The notes beneath the pieces were generated by a model, which made no database searches, had not been told where the DNA came from, and was given only the letters and a program-made list of their open reading frames with translations. From Nemertoderma westbladi (taxonomy: Eukaryota; Animalia; Xenacoelomorpha), in the NCBI GenBank assembly GCA_032718475.1, contig JAUCBJ010006710.1, forward strand, positions 4,680 to 68,679: 64,000 nucleotides of DNA. Reading direction: 5' to 3'. The translations under genes were made by a program, and so were the position numbers. This document shows positions 49,968-61,800 of the stretch, piece after piece (position 1 is the stretch's first letter; every line of letters starts with the position of its first letter).

Positions 49968-52441
49968 ATGAGGGGATACTACGAGCGGTTAGAGAGGGGT
50001 CACAAAGCGCGAGCGCTGCAGGACCATTTCAGGGAGGTGCACGAACAGTGGCTGGTCGGGACCTACGGGACATCGTCGCTAGACAACGCAATCTTCGAGC
50101 ATTTCCACTACGTGGTGAAGGGAGACGAGGCGAAGTTCGGGATACCGAAGTATCCAAAGGAACCACCGAGAAAGGACTGGAAGAGGCTCGAAGAGTCCGT
50201 CAGCAGGGGAGGATACATGGTCGTAGACGATGAGGGGACCGTGGAGGATGAGGAAGGTTCGAGGAGAGGGTGGGCGGGGTCAGCCAGAACCATGCTCCTA
50301 CATTTGGCCACGCCAAATGGGGACATTTTCCTGTTCGACCTGGGAACGTATGGGAAGAAGAACGGGCCGAAGTTGAACCGGTTGCCAAAGTCAGTGCAAA
50401 CCCTAGTAAGAGAGAAGTCGACGATAAAGGTGGGATCGGCGATCCGCGACAATGCGGAGAGGATCATCGGTCCGGAGACCCCCAACCTCCTGGACATGCA
50501 GACGGTCTACATGGCTATGACAGCGCCAGACGGGTTGGGACTAGTAGAGAACGCAGGCCATTGTGGAGCGGTGGCGATGGGCCAGCTAATAGGGCTTGTC
50601 TGTCACAAACCAATGGACTGGAGTAAATTCAGAGAGGAGTACGGAGTGGAGTTGGCGAACTCGCTGAAGTGGGGAGCGAGACCAGGGAAGCAAGAGGTGT
50701 ATCAATTCCGGAGCGGAGCGATAAAGGTATATCAGAAGCGATATATCCTGCAGGAGGACTGGATAATGATAGGTTTGCTAAACCTATTCATGAGCGTGGT
50801 AATCGAGAGAGAACCAACAGCATTCCTGCTATCGGGATCACCACCGAACTACAGAGAGCCTTCAAAGTGGCTTTCGAGGGTCTGGTAGACCACCCGGGGC
50901 TGAAGGGCGAGTCGGTATACTATAACTGCCGATATCTAGTAGACGGGGAGGTGGATACGCCATATCAGAGGTGGGAGCAGCTAGAGGCGGATAGACGAGA
51001 GGCGAAGCGATTGGAAGAAATCGCTAGGCGAGAAAGGAGGGAGGCGGAAGAAAGGGAGGAGGAAGCTAAAAGAGAGAGCTATGGATTCGAGGAACAGGTG
51101 GCCTTAGATGAGCTGCACTGGACATCAGGGAGTTCAGGTGAGTCTCTAGGGCGAGAACTGGGGTGGACGGTGGGATCACCGAAACAGTCGACATTGGGAT
51201 TGCAGACGAAGCCCATACCAGCGGGCGCCGAGGGCGATTTCACGCAGAGGAGGCCAGGGGAACTTGAAGGATGGAGAGTCACAGGCGAGAGCCAAGGTGG
51301 GAAGGGTCATAGTGGATCCACCGGGATACCGGGATTGGACCCACTCGCAGAGGAGGACGAGGATGACGACGAGTTCGGAGAGATGCCGCCCATCGGGAGA
51401 ATCGGCCACTCGGATACGGACTGGGTTGGCGGGAGGGTGGTGACGGCCAGCGGGGCGAGGGCCTTCTGGGATAGACCCGGCAAGCGGGCCTGGGTGCATG
51501 AGGAGCCGGCGATGGATTTCGCGGGGAGCACCATCAGGTTGGGCGTGCAACCGGGGCTGGCACCACGGGTAGTATTCGGAGAGACGATGCCCGGGCGGGG
51601 CGAGGAGATAGACGTGGACAGGGACGCTAACGTCCAGAAGTTCGCTTACCAGCGACTCCACAGACCGAGGAGAATGCTTGGGACGAAAGACGACATGGGG
51701 CGGGAGGCATTGGTACTCGGCTGCGATTACTGTGGGAGGCAGACTCACCAGGAAAGGAGCTGATTGTACCGATTCCAGAAAGGGACTAGTTGTCTCTACT
51801 GCCGCGAGTCAAGCCACAGGATGGGGGCGTGTCCACGGTTGCACAACCGGTGTTCTAAGTGCAACTTCAGGGGGCACTACAGACGCCAGTGCGACTGGAT
51901 GGACGACGAGGAAAAGTTTAGGATTTTCGAGGAGTGGGCCGATGTCGGCGCTATGACCCGACAGCAGATGAAGGCCCAGGAATTCCGGTGGGGCTTCTTT
52001 AATATCAACCAGGAGGCCCACCTGGAAATCATTAAACGGAGACTTCCGTTTACTTATCAGGAGGTGTCAACGGCGGCGTCGTATGCCGGAGTGATAAATA
52101 CGCAGAGATATCTGGACAGGTGGACGCCACAGAACCGAGGAGAGTTCAGAGATTTCTTGGCGGAGCATGTGCCGCGGGCTATGAAAGTGATCCTATGGGA
52201 CGCCACTAGGGGAAAACAACAGGGCCATTCCGAGGGGCCACCCGAGAATCGATACCGGGAGCTGATAACACCAGCGCCCAAGGAGTCGACAATGGGAATC
52301 AGTAGAGAGGTGACGGCGAGGGTCAGGAATCTGAAAGGGGATAAGAGCAAGGGAGCGGCAGCGACCAGGAAACGACCGAGGGAGGAGGACGACAGAGGGA
52401 AGGAGTTGAGATGGTTCCCAAAGTTGGGTGGAACGAACTAG
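49968..52441 (+). pseudogene. Element C accessory gene: DEDDy-like exonuclease plus triple CCHC knuckle (frameshift ~50830, TGA at 51761)
   Basis: MVVDDEG, LPKSVQTLVREKSTIKVGSAIRD, LLDMQ, YQKRYILQEDW; CDYC..H..*, CLYC..H..C, CSKC..GH..C, FEEWAD, LPFTY. Confidence 0.75.
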
Positions 52442-53133
52442 AACTTAGGTGTGGAGATGCCTGGAAGGCACCACATGTGAAGTAATACGAACTCCTAAGT
52501 GCAAATTTAATTAAAAGTGCAATTAGTATGTACGTATGTAGTAATCATTAGTATATAGTCACATAGCAAATACAATCAAAGTAAGTACTATAGTCATATA
52601 ACCTTTTCCAATTAGCTACTGGGACTGGGGACCAATTGACTATGACAGGACGGGGCATTGGACGACTTCACACTTCTTGACTGCGACGGCACAGGAGGGG
52701 AGGGTGAGGCTCGTCAGGAGTGAGTGGGCTAGTTAGAGGTTGAGTATAGAACGGTATAGAAGGCGAGTGCAATTCAAGTGTGGGGGGGGGAGGAGTAAGA
52801 GGTAGAGTGAGGGACAAGGGGGTCCGAGAGTTAGAGTGGAGGGAAAGTTAGAGTCAGTTAGAGCGGAGTTAGAGTGGAGAGAGTAGTGGTGAGGTAAAAT
52901 TGTGTGAGAAATCCACAATCGTCTCGACACGGGACGCCAGATGTCTTGGTGCAAGGTAGACGAAGTTGCACCAAGAGAGGGTAGCAATATCATGCCCATA
53001 GGGTGCGGCCTGGAAAGCCAGCTCCGAGAAAGAGAACTCCACCTCACACCCGATAGTAGATCGGGATCCAGCGGAATTGAAGCGCACTCGTGGGTGATGC
53101 TATCTTCTCACCGGGAAGATAGCATGGGGGGAG

Positions 53134-53715
53134 TGTGAGCGGATTCAATTCCGCCCACCACCCCATAAAGTTGGGAAGTGGCACCTTTTAGCAATATTGG
53201 GGATACGAGGTTAATCCCCAATTAACCTCGTATCACACACCCAATAAACGGGGACAACAAACCCCGAAGGGCCACACACAAAGGGAGGTCAGAGGTTAAA
53301 CCGCCGGGAGGGGAAAGTAACAGCAGTGGGGGGGGAAACACTCCCACAGAGGTGGAGGCGAGAATTAGGTTATTAGCCAATCAGAGCCAGGAAACGCATC
53401 CGCTAGGTACAATGGCCATAAGTAATGTAGCTAACCAATATATATTACCGGTCAGTGCCCATCACAATTTCAGTTATCTCAGTTATTCAGGGCAGTACGG
53501 TGACACTTTATACCGTCACCGCCGTCACCAATTATTATCTATATTACCGGTCAGACACTGTGCTATCTGTTATCTGCTATCATTGTATACTATAACCATT
53601 ACTGTCAGAGTTTATCAATAATATCGGAACAACAAACTCTTTCTTTTCCATCACACGGTGCGGCCTAATGCGTAAATAAACCAAAACCCGGTCGGGATCC
53701 TCTGATCCCGTCACA
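53134..53715 (+). repeat. Putative 3' LTR of element C (582 bp)
   Basis: GGGGGGAG PPT, then TGTGAGCGGAT ... ATCCCGTCACA inverted ends; CCAAT box AGCCAATCAGAGC shared with LTR A; AATAAA. No partner LTR in the window. Confidence 0.65.
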
Positions 53716-54537
53716 CCATAACTATCCAACCCTTTCTTTGCTCCCCCTTTGTGTATGAACTACTGCTTTGTATAAATTGTGGTGACACTGTTTGAAATAG
53801 TATCACAAGGCCATTTGACAAGGCCACGGAAATTTGATTTTTCACTTGTTCCAATTTCGGCACTAAGCGCAGCTGCAAACAAAATTCTAACTAAAGACGG
53901 GTGAATGACAATGCTGCCATAACCATAGAAATTATTTGAAATATAATTATAAATCAAATATTTGGTGAGGCTTCCAAGTTAAACCCCAAAACAATTATTT
54001 CGTTACATATAGTAAACAACATTGCATGTTCTTCTTCCTCTCATAATAAAATATAATAATGAAATATATCTGATTGCTGTAACATTTCACAACCAAAATG
54101 TTTCAGTGTGATAAGTGTACCACACGCCCGCCAAAACAGCCGCAAACGCATAGCCAACAAATTTAACAAAAGGTTACATGCATGTTGGGTTTATGACGAG
54201 TGAAAATTGATCGCGTGTAATATAAACTAAATTGTAAGCCCGGCTATACTCCACTTCATTACCCAATGGAAATGTTGTTGTTATAATCTAATATTGGGGT
54301 GGCTTTCACTCGTTCCAATTTCGGCACTAAGCAGCTAGGCCTACTGTCAGACATTTGGACCTGTACCATGCATATTAACGAAAGTTTATGGTATCAAATT
54401 ATAATTTCAATTGTTTCAGGTTCGACTTTAGATCTACTTTGTCAGAATATCTGTACATTAACGAAAATGTACAGTGTTAATAATGTTTACTGGGCAGTGT
54501 TAATAATTTACTGGGCAGCCGCCCGGTAATGTTGATA

Positions 54538-55195
54538 CCTACTACTACTACTAGGATCGGCATGCTGCATTGCAGCTGCATTTTTAAGAATGTTGTGCCG
54601 GCTTATCGGCAAAATTGCACCGCCACAACTCCCTATCACCCGTGACATTTGCTAGATCATCCGCATCTTCAAGGCTAGTGTCCTTTAAGATGCGTCTCAA
54701 GAAAGTCATGGGCTGTCCACCATGCTTATTCACTCCATGAGGCTGCCAAAGTACAAGATTATGCACTGGCTGGTCCTCACGGCGAAAACAATGTCCTGCA
54801 AAGCGGAGGCGATTTTGTTCTAGTGTCAAGCTTGGGGGAACCAATGAAACACCTCCAATGTTATATAGTGTCTGGTTGGAGATGTGTGCATTGTACTTGA
54901 CACAATGAACCCGGCGTAGCATTCTTGCGAATGTGCCATCCAGAGATTTGGTGTCCTCAGCAGTTATAGCCCAGCATGGACTCCCATAGAGGAGTACTGG
55001 AACTACTGCTGCTTTAAATAATCGGACATTAAGTGTCCGATTAATTCTCGGTGACTTCCAAATCCTGGAAAGCATATTCAAGGCTGCCCATGCATTTCCC
55101 TTACGTATTCGAAGGTCCTCACCTGACTTCCGGATCCATGATCCCAGGTAACAGAAGTCATCCACATGCTCAAGCATACCATCTTTTGGTAACCG
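54538..55195 (-). mobile_element. 5'-truncated RTE-clade LINE
   Basis: DDFCYLGSW, LFKAAVVPVLLYGSPCW, RLRFAGHCFR, DRELWR; (TAG)n tail at ~54540-54552. The 5' boundary is approximate. Confidence 0.85.
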
Positions 55196-55887
55196 CTTAG
55201 TTATTTTACACCATCTGGAGATACATGGCAACACGGGACTTCTGAGTTTGGGGTTCGTGTGGGTCTGCGGGTTCGGTTTGCAATCAGCGAAGGGCCTGAA
55301 TCTTTGGACGCGGACGTGGAATCTCACAGCAAACAAGGTTAGTTGTTCTGTTGGCACCAGTGTGTTTGTGGAAGCAGTAAAAAATTATCGGTTGTTTAAC
55401 TGCGAAGCTGAACTCAATTTATTAGTTAGGATATTTAGGTTTAGCCGGCCATGGTTTTTTGAATCGCTCAAGTTAGAGAGAGAGTTAGAGAGAGTCGCAA
55501 CCCGAAGATGTAGCCACGCGCTAGTGGATACATATAATATTTGAAATTAAAAATTACGTTGATTAGAGCTATATATATATAAAATTAGAAATATTCGGGT
55601 AGCAAGTATATTTTGAATATTTTGTATTAGATTCAGAGTTATTTTGTGCTATACCGGTATTTAATACTATATAGTAGCTATATAATAATATTTTTGTTTA
55701 AATATTGTGCTAGTATTTGCTATAACTATATACCCCATTAAATTCACAATATTGCATTGCGAATTTATTTTGACATTTTGGACCAACTGATTATTTGACA
55801 AATAATTTGACCGTATTTCGGTTAAATTATAATCATATCTCAAACTTTTGCGAGATATTTTTCCGGAAGGCAAACATTATTTAGACT

Positions 55888-58800
55888 ATGAGTGTCTCAG
55901 ACAAAGAGGCACTAGAGGACAGCTACGAGACGGCGGCTGGACCGCCGACTGACGATAGCGTCAATATTACTGTTGACGACAATGCCGACTATGACGACGC
56001 AGCGAGCGACGCTGACGTAAGTGAACAGGAGGACGAGACAGTGACTAGTGAGGAAGAACAACAACCTCAAGTAATAGTATTAGGATCCCCTACCGCTACT
56101 GTAAGGAAGGACTGCACAGCAGCCCGGACAGAGGTGAGTGATAGAGAGGATAGTGTAGCAGAAGCGAGAGCCCGGAGCCCGGTTTCCAGACCTGTGGGTA
56201 TGGTAAGTGCCGTGGTCCCGACGGCTGTAAGGAGTACCCGTAGTTCCCGAAATAATCCTTCAAGTCCACCGAGTGTAAGTCAGGTAAGTGATAGAGAACT
56301 TGATATCGCGATAAAGAAGAAACTTCGCGCGCATGCCGGACATATAACCCGGACGGAGGACAAGGTAAGAAAAATGTTGGCCGACTCAGCCAACATCGGG
56401 AGGGTAGAGTTAGCAGAGATTAGAAGAGGATATAACTCAGCGTTATTCAAGCAGACGGAGGAGCTTGCAGTCCTAGCGAAGAAGGCAGTAGAGTCTCAGT
56501 CGAGCGACGTGGCGACGAGGATTTACGACAGGGTTTTAGCAGCCTTGTTGGAGCACCGCGAGTTATCGGAGCGATTCCGACGAGTTAGGACAGAGAACTG
56601 GCTGCTATGGGCATCACAAGCGCAGGCGACTCAGGTGAGTGACGCAGAGTTGAGAGACTTAGTGGAGCGAGAAGAGACGCAGGATAAAGAGGAGCGCCGG
56701 TATCAGAGGGAAGTTACTAGCTGGCTGATGCAGAATGGAGTGGTGGTACCAGGTCAGGTGCTACCGACGACGGAGAACATCCAACAGAGGACGTTGACTC
56801 CACCCGACGATGCATCTAGAGACAGCGGCGATTCCCAGGTTAGTCACGCGCGAGGTAAGGTAATATGTGCTAGATCCCTTGTTTCTCACAACTCGGCGGA
56901 GGAGAGAAGACGCCGACTAGACGAACAGCAGGCGGAAGTTTTGCGTGCACAGGAAGCACGGAAGGAAGCCGAGCGGGAACGGGAGCGCACACGTAAGTTG
57001 GACGCAGAGTTACGAGAGTTGGAAGAGATAAGTAAGCGCGAGCGAGCGGAACGCGAGCAAAGGGAACGCGAACTCCAAGCCGAGCGCGAGCGCGAGGAAC
57101 TCGAACGCGAACAGAGAGAACGCGAACTCCAACTTGAATGCGAGCGGGAAGCGAAGAAACGTGAACTCCAACTCGAACGCGAACAGAGAGAACGCGAACT
57201 CCAACTCGAACGCGAACAGGAAGCGAAGAAACGCGAACTCCAAGCCGAACGCGAGCGCAAGAAACTCGATCGTGAACAGAAGGAGCGCGAGCTTCAACTC
57301 GAACGCGGACGCAAGGAACGCGAACTCGAGATCGAGAAAAGAAGACGCGCATTGTATGAAGAAAGGTCGCGAGTAGAAGAAGAGAGCGCAGCGAGACGAG
57401 CGAGGGAAGAAGAAGAGCGTAAACTGGCGCAGTTGGAAAGTGCGAGATTAAGTTTAGAGAGCGAAGAACGGACTAGGAAGGCGAACGAAATCGCCGAGAA
57501 GGGGATGCGAATGCTCGAAGAATGTGGGGCGAGTGTGGGGACGGAGTTGCGAGAACTGTTCGCACTGCAGAAGGCCGAACAGGAAGCGAGAACTCCGACT
57601 ATACGCGAGTCAACGACGACCAGAATTCCTATACTCGGTCCAGTTATTACGAGTACACGGATCGCTAAACCATTCTCTACATATCGCACGCCAGTTGGTA
57701 TTAGTGCTTCACCCATCGCTCAGGATCTACGTCATCGGAACACCGCACCACTATATATCGAACGCGAGAACGGAGAATTTAGAGAAGAAACTCCGACGGA
57801 ACGAGTACTTGGCGAACCGAACCCGCGGGTTTGGAATACGCGGACGGAGCGCCGACCCAGTTCGACGGAGAACTTCCGGGTTAAACCGGAAGAGGGATCA
57901 TATGAGAGACAGCGGATTACTCAGATAGAGCCGACTATACAACAGAACCCTAGCCAGGAATTTATTACGAGGGATGAGTTAAGTGCTAGTTTAGCGCAAG
58001 CTATATCGCCGCACATCCAACCTATAACGGACATGCTTAGCAACCTACGGTTAAAGGAAGCAGCCCAGGTAAGAAGTAATTCTAATCCCAGCAGGCCTGA
58101 GTTAGATAAAGTCCAGCCTAGTCAACGAGTACGCATATCGGAGGAGACTGACTATACCACATAGACCTCAGGTAAGGACGCCTGTCCCGAATATCCATAA
58201 TCCCAATTTCGAAAATTCGGCGGAAAGATTTATTCAGGATGCTTGGGTCAGGGCCTCGGCGCGCAAACCATCGCGAGCGCTAAGGACTGACACCGAGTCA
58301 AGCGATGAAGAGGAAGAAATGAGACGTCAGAAGTCCCGAAACTATAAGGAAAGAAGGACCGACGCGGAGCAGGTAAGTTGGAACCACCGGGAAAGGACCA
58401 GACTTAACAACCCTGCGGAGCTAAACCATTTGTTAACCCGGAACGACGCAACCCTTAGGGACATAGGTAAGTTTGCTGCTAGGCAAGGACTGCCGACGCA
58501 ACAACCCCAGAAGTTTATGGGCAACCACAAGCACTGGAGGACCTTTAAAACCTATGTCGACGAGCAGCTGACCAACAGCACCTTTACTCCCAACGAGAAG
58601 TTCAACTATTTGCTTCAGATGCTCCATCGAGAACCTAGAGCCATTGCTGATAATTTCGTCGGCAACGAAAGAGCATTCGAGTTAGCAATGAAGACGCTTA
58701 GCGACATCTACGGGAATAAAACCAAGATGGCGCAGTCGATAGTAGAAGACTTGGGTAAGGGCGGAAGGATTACAACTCCGTTAGAGCTGTTGAATTTAGC

Positions 58801-61800
58801 GAACGCTATTTCGAACGCATTGGACATCTTGAGGACGGTGAATCTACCTCATCATGGTGATCACGCCGAAGTTTTAAAGAGCGTAATAAGACGTCTAAAC
58901 ATGCGTTACCGACAGAAATGGCGCAAATTAGAGAATAAGTTGGAGGGCCAAGGTAAAGTATTGACACTTCAGCATATTCATGACATGATAGCCACAGACG
59001 CAGTAGCAGAGATGAAATCAAACTTCTCAGAAGAGAATATGAGGGAGTCTAAACCTGTTACCGGTAAGTCTATGGTAAGTTTTGACGATGACAGGACCAC
59101 TGTGACATTTAACTCAGTAGACAGATATAATTCGAGTACCCCAGCCTTTAGATCAGACTCGCGAGTATGGTCAGGTGAGCGGTTAGATAGACCTAGGTTA
59201 AAGCAACAGGAGTTGCTGGATGGATTTGTAGGTTGCCAATACTGTTTACTAAAGGAGGTAAGATCTGACGACCATAAGTTAGATAGTTGCAGACGGTTCA
59301 AAGAATTAAATTCGGAACAGAGAAGAGTTCAAGTGCGGACGTTGGACACCTGTTGGGCATGTCTTGCGCCAGGTCATGTACGGCGACAGTGCCCGAACAG
59401 CAAGGACGGATGCATGGAATGCGGCAGACTACATCACAAGTTGCTACATGCGGATTTCCATACCCCAACGGACCGTTACTTACAGCGAAATCCTCACAGG
59501 AAGGGGAGCAAAGAACCCGTATCGATAAGGAGGAATACATACACTGGCATCCAGGACGATGATTACCAACCAGGTTCGTTGGACGAGGATGGCGAGTCGA
59601 GCGCAAGAGAAGTGACCTGCCAAGGTTTCACCGCGGATAGTTCATCGACCAGTGCGCGGACGTATTTATCATCGGCCACGTCGGAAATATTTAGCGTGAT
59701 TCCGGTGAAACTCACTGGAGATAAGGGATCGAAGCGAATATATGTGATGTTGGACACTGCGTCCACATTATCCTATATCGACGAGGAAGTGGCGAGAGCT
59801 ATTTCTAGCTTCCAGGACGCCGAGGAGATCCAAATAGAGTTGAAGTCTATGCATGGGGTAGGAGACCTCAAGGGACACAGAATTTCGGTGGAACTAGATT
59901 CCCTACTTCCGAGAGACCAACACACTCGACAAGAACGGAAAGCTTTGCCATTGGACGGATTTAAGTGTCTAGCTATGAAGGGATTCGGCAGGCAGTTAGG
60001 TAAGGTGCCGCCGATGAGTCCCATAGCACAGGAGTATTTTGACAAGCTCAGGATACCCAGACACCAGGTAGGTTATAGGAATGTTTCTATGTTGATTGGT
60101 GCAGAACAGCTGATCGCACACCAGATATGGGAAACGAGACCAGCTGAGCCGCATGTCAATGGACCACATGCCCATAGGACCATATTAGGTTGGTATACAC
60201 GAGTACCCATGTCTTATGAGTTTACAGGTGGCGACAAGCCAATGAACAGATACGACAAATTACAGCCTATAGCTCAACCACCGTTAGTAGAACCACCAGA
60301 CATAGACGAGTTTAGGAGAACCTGTATTGACCACTATAGTGACTTTAGCGAGTCGGACGAGGAGTTGATTCCCGATAATGTTAGGTTGTCGGAACCACTT
60401 CATAATGACCGGACAGATAGTGAACCCGAGGACTACTGTTATCAGACCCGTGGGTCTGGTTCAGCGGCCCACGCTACCTATTTGACCAACGTTTTGACTT
60501 ATACTGACATAGTGGAGGGTCAAGTGGCTAAATATCGAGACCTAGACATTTTCCAATACAGTGAGGAGGAATTACAGAAGGAATTGATACGCCAGGACCT
60601 CGAGACAGGAACCAGAACCGTCGAATGGCTGGATAGGGACGCAATGGAACCCGGTGGATATGACCTAGCCATGTCTACTGATGAGAAACGGTCGCTGGAG
60701 ATGATGGAAGACACCATACGTCTGCTACCGACTGGACATTTTGAAGTTGGAATGTTGTGGCGTCGAAAACCACCTAAGTTGGAGAACAACTACAACTTAG
60801 CCTTGAAAAGATTGAACGGAGTAAGGGCTCGGCTGTTGAAGAATCCGGACATTAGGGAGAAGTATTGCGCCCAGATCAACAACTATTTCGCCAAGGGATT
60901 TGCTGGGAAGGTAGAGGACCCTGACTTAGTGACAGACCAGACTTATTACCTTCCACACCACTATGTGACTCACCCTGACAAGCCAGACAAAGTCCGAGTA
61001 GTCAACGACTGCGCAGCAGTCTATAGAGGTATGTCCCTAAATTCAGAGTTGATGGATGGTCCCAACCTGAATAACTATTTGATTAGAATACTGTTGCGTT
61101 TTAGACAGCGGCGATTCGCATTTACTTGTGACATCGAGGCGATGTTCCACCAGGTAAGAGCCTGTAAGGCAGACCAGGATAGCCTTCGCTTTCTCTGGTA
61201 CGAGAATGAAGACTTATCCGGCCCAGTGGTTACATACCAAATGTACGTTAGGATATTTGGCGCCTGCGATAGTCCGAATGGCACGCTGTTCGTTTTAAAG
61301 AAAACGGCAACAGCCCAGATTGGTAAGTATCCAGTAGAAGTAATCGAGTCCATCTTGAGAAACTTCTATATGGACGACGGATTGGTGTCCAAGGACACGG
61401 CGGAACAAGCCATAGAAGTGGCTCACGGCCTGCAGGAGTGCTTGGCTACAGGGGGTTTTCCTCTGACCAAGTTCACTACAAACTCGGAGGCCCTATTAGA
61501 GTCGTTCCCGGTAAAAGATTGCGGGAGCGGAGACATAGAATTGGGGGTAGAACCAATCCCCATGGCGCGAGTACTGGGACTCGCTTGGAACCCGAACTCA
61601 GATAAGTTCCAGGTAAGAGTTAGATTTGAGCCCAGTAGCCCAGACAAAGTTTTGACAAAGAGGATTTGCTTATCGACATTAAGTAGACTATTTGACCCGA
61701 TGAACTTTATCAGTCCGGTAATATTACAGGCACGAGCGTGCATGAGGAAAATTTGGTTGTCCGACGTAGAGTGGGACGAACCAATATCTCCTATACATGC

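Larger units (their letters stand above)
49338..53715 (+). mobile_element. 3' remnant of a third LTR element (C), probably BEL/Pao-derived
   Basis: Short pol-like relic LLSYSSSWYKTKKLVAYWR (~49440-49500), an accessory gene homologous to those of A and B, a PPT and one LTR. Confidence 0.65.

Noticed and set aside
51761-51763. Selenocysteine or readthrough at a TGA aligned to the last Cys of a CCHC knuckle
   Set aside because: The same gene is also frameshifted and no SECIS is evident downstream; a TGY-to-TGA mutation is simpler.
53760-54537. Possible hAT-like DNA transposon remnant (duplicated TTCCAATTTCGGCACTAAGC)
   Set aside because: No matching TIR pair or TSD found.
55196-55887. 5' LTR and self-priming PBS of D (possible CA|GTAAAAAATT at ~55376 pairing with AGTTATTTTAC at ~55199)
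   Set aside because: There is no second LTR in the window to fix boundaries and the pairing needs a bulge; too weak to call.
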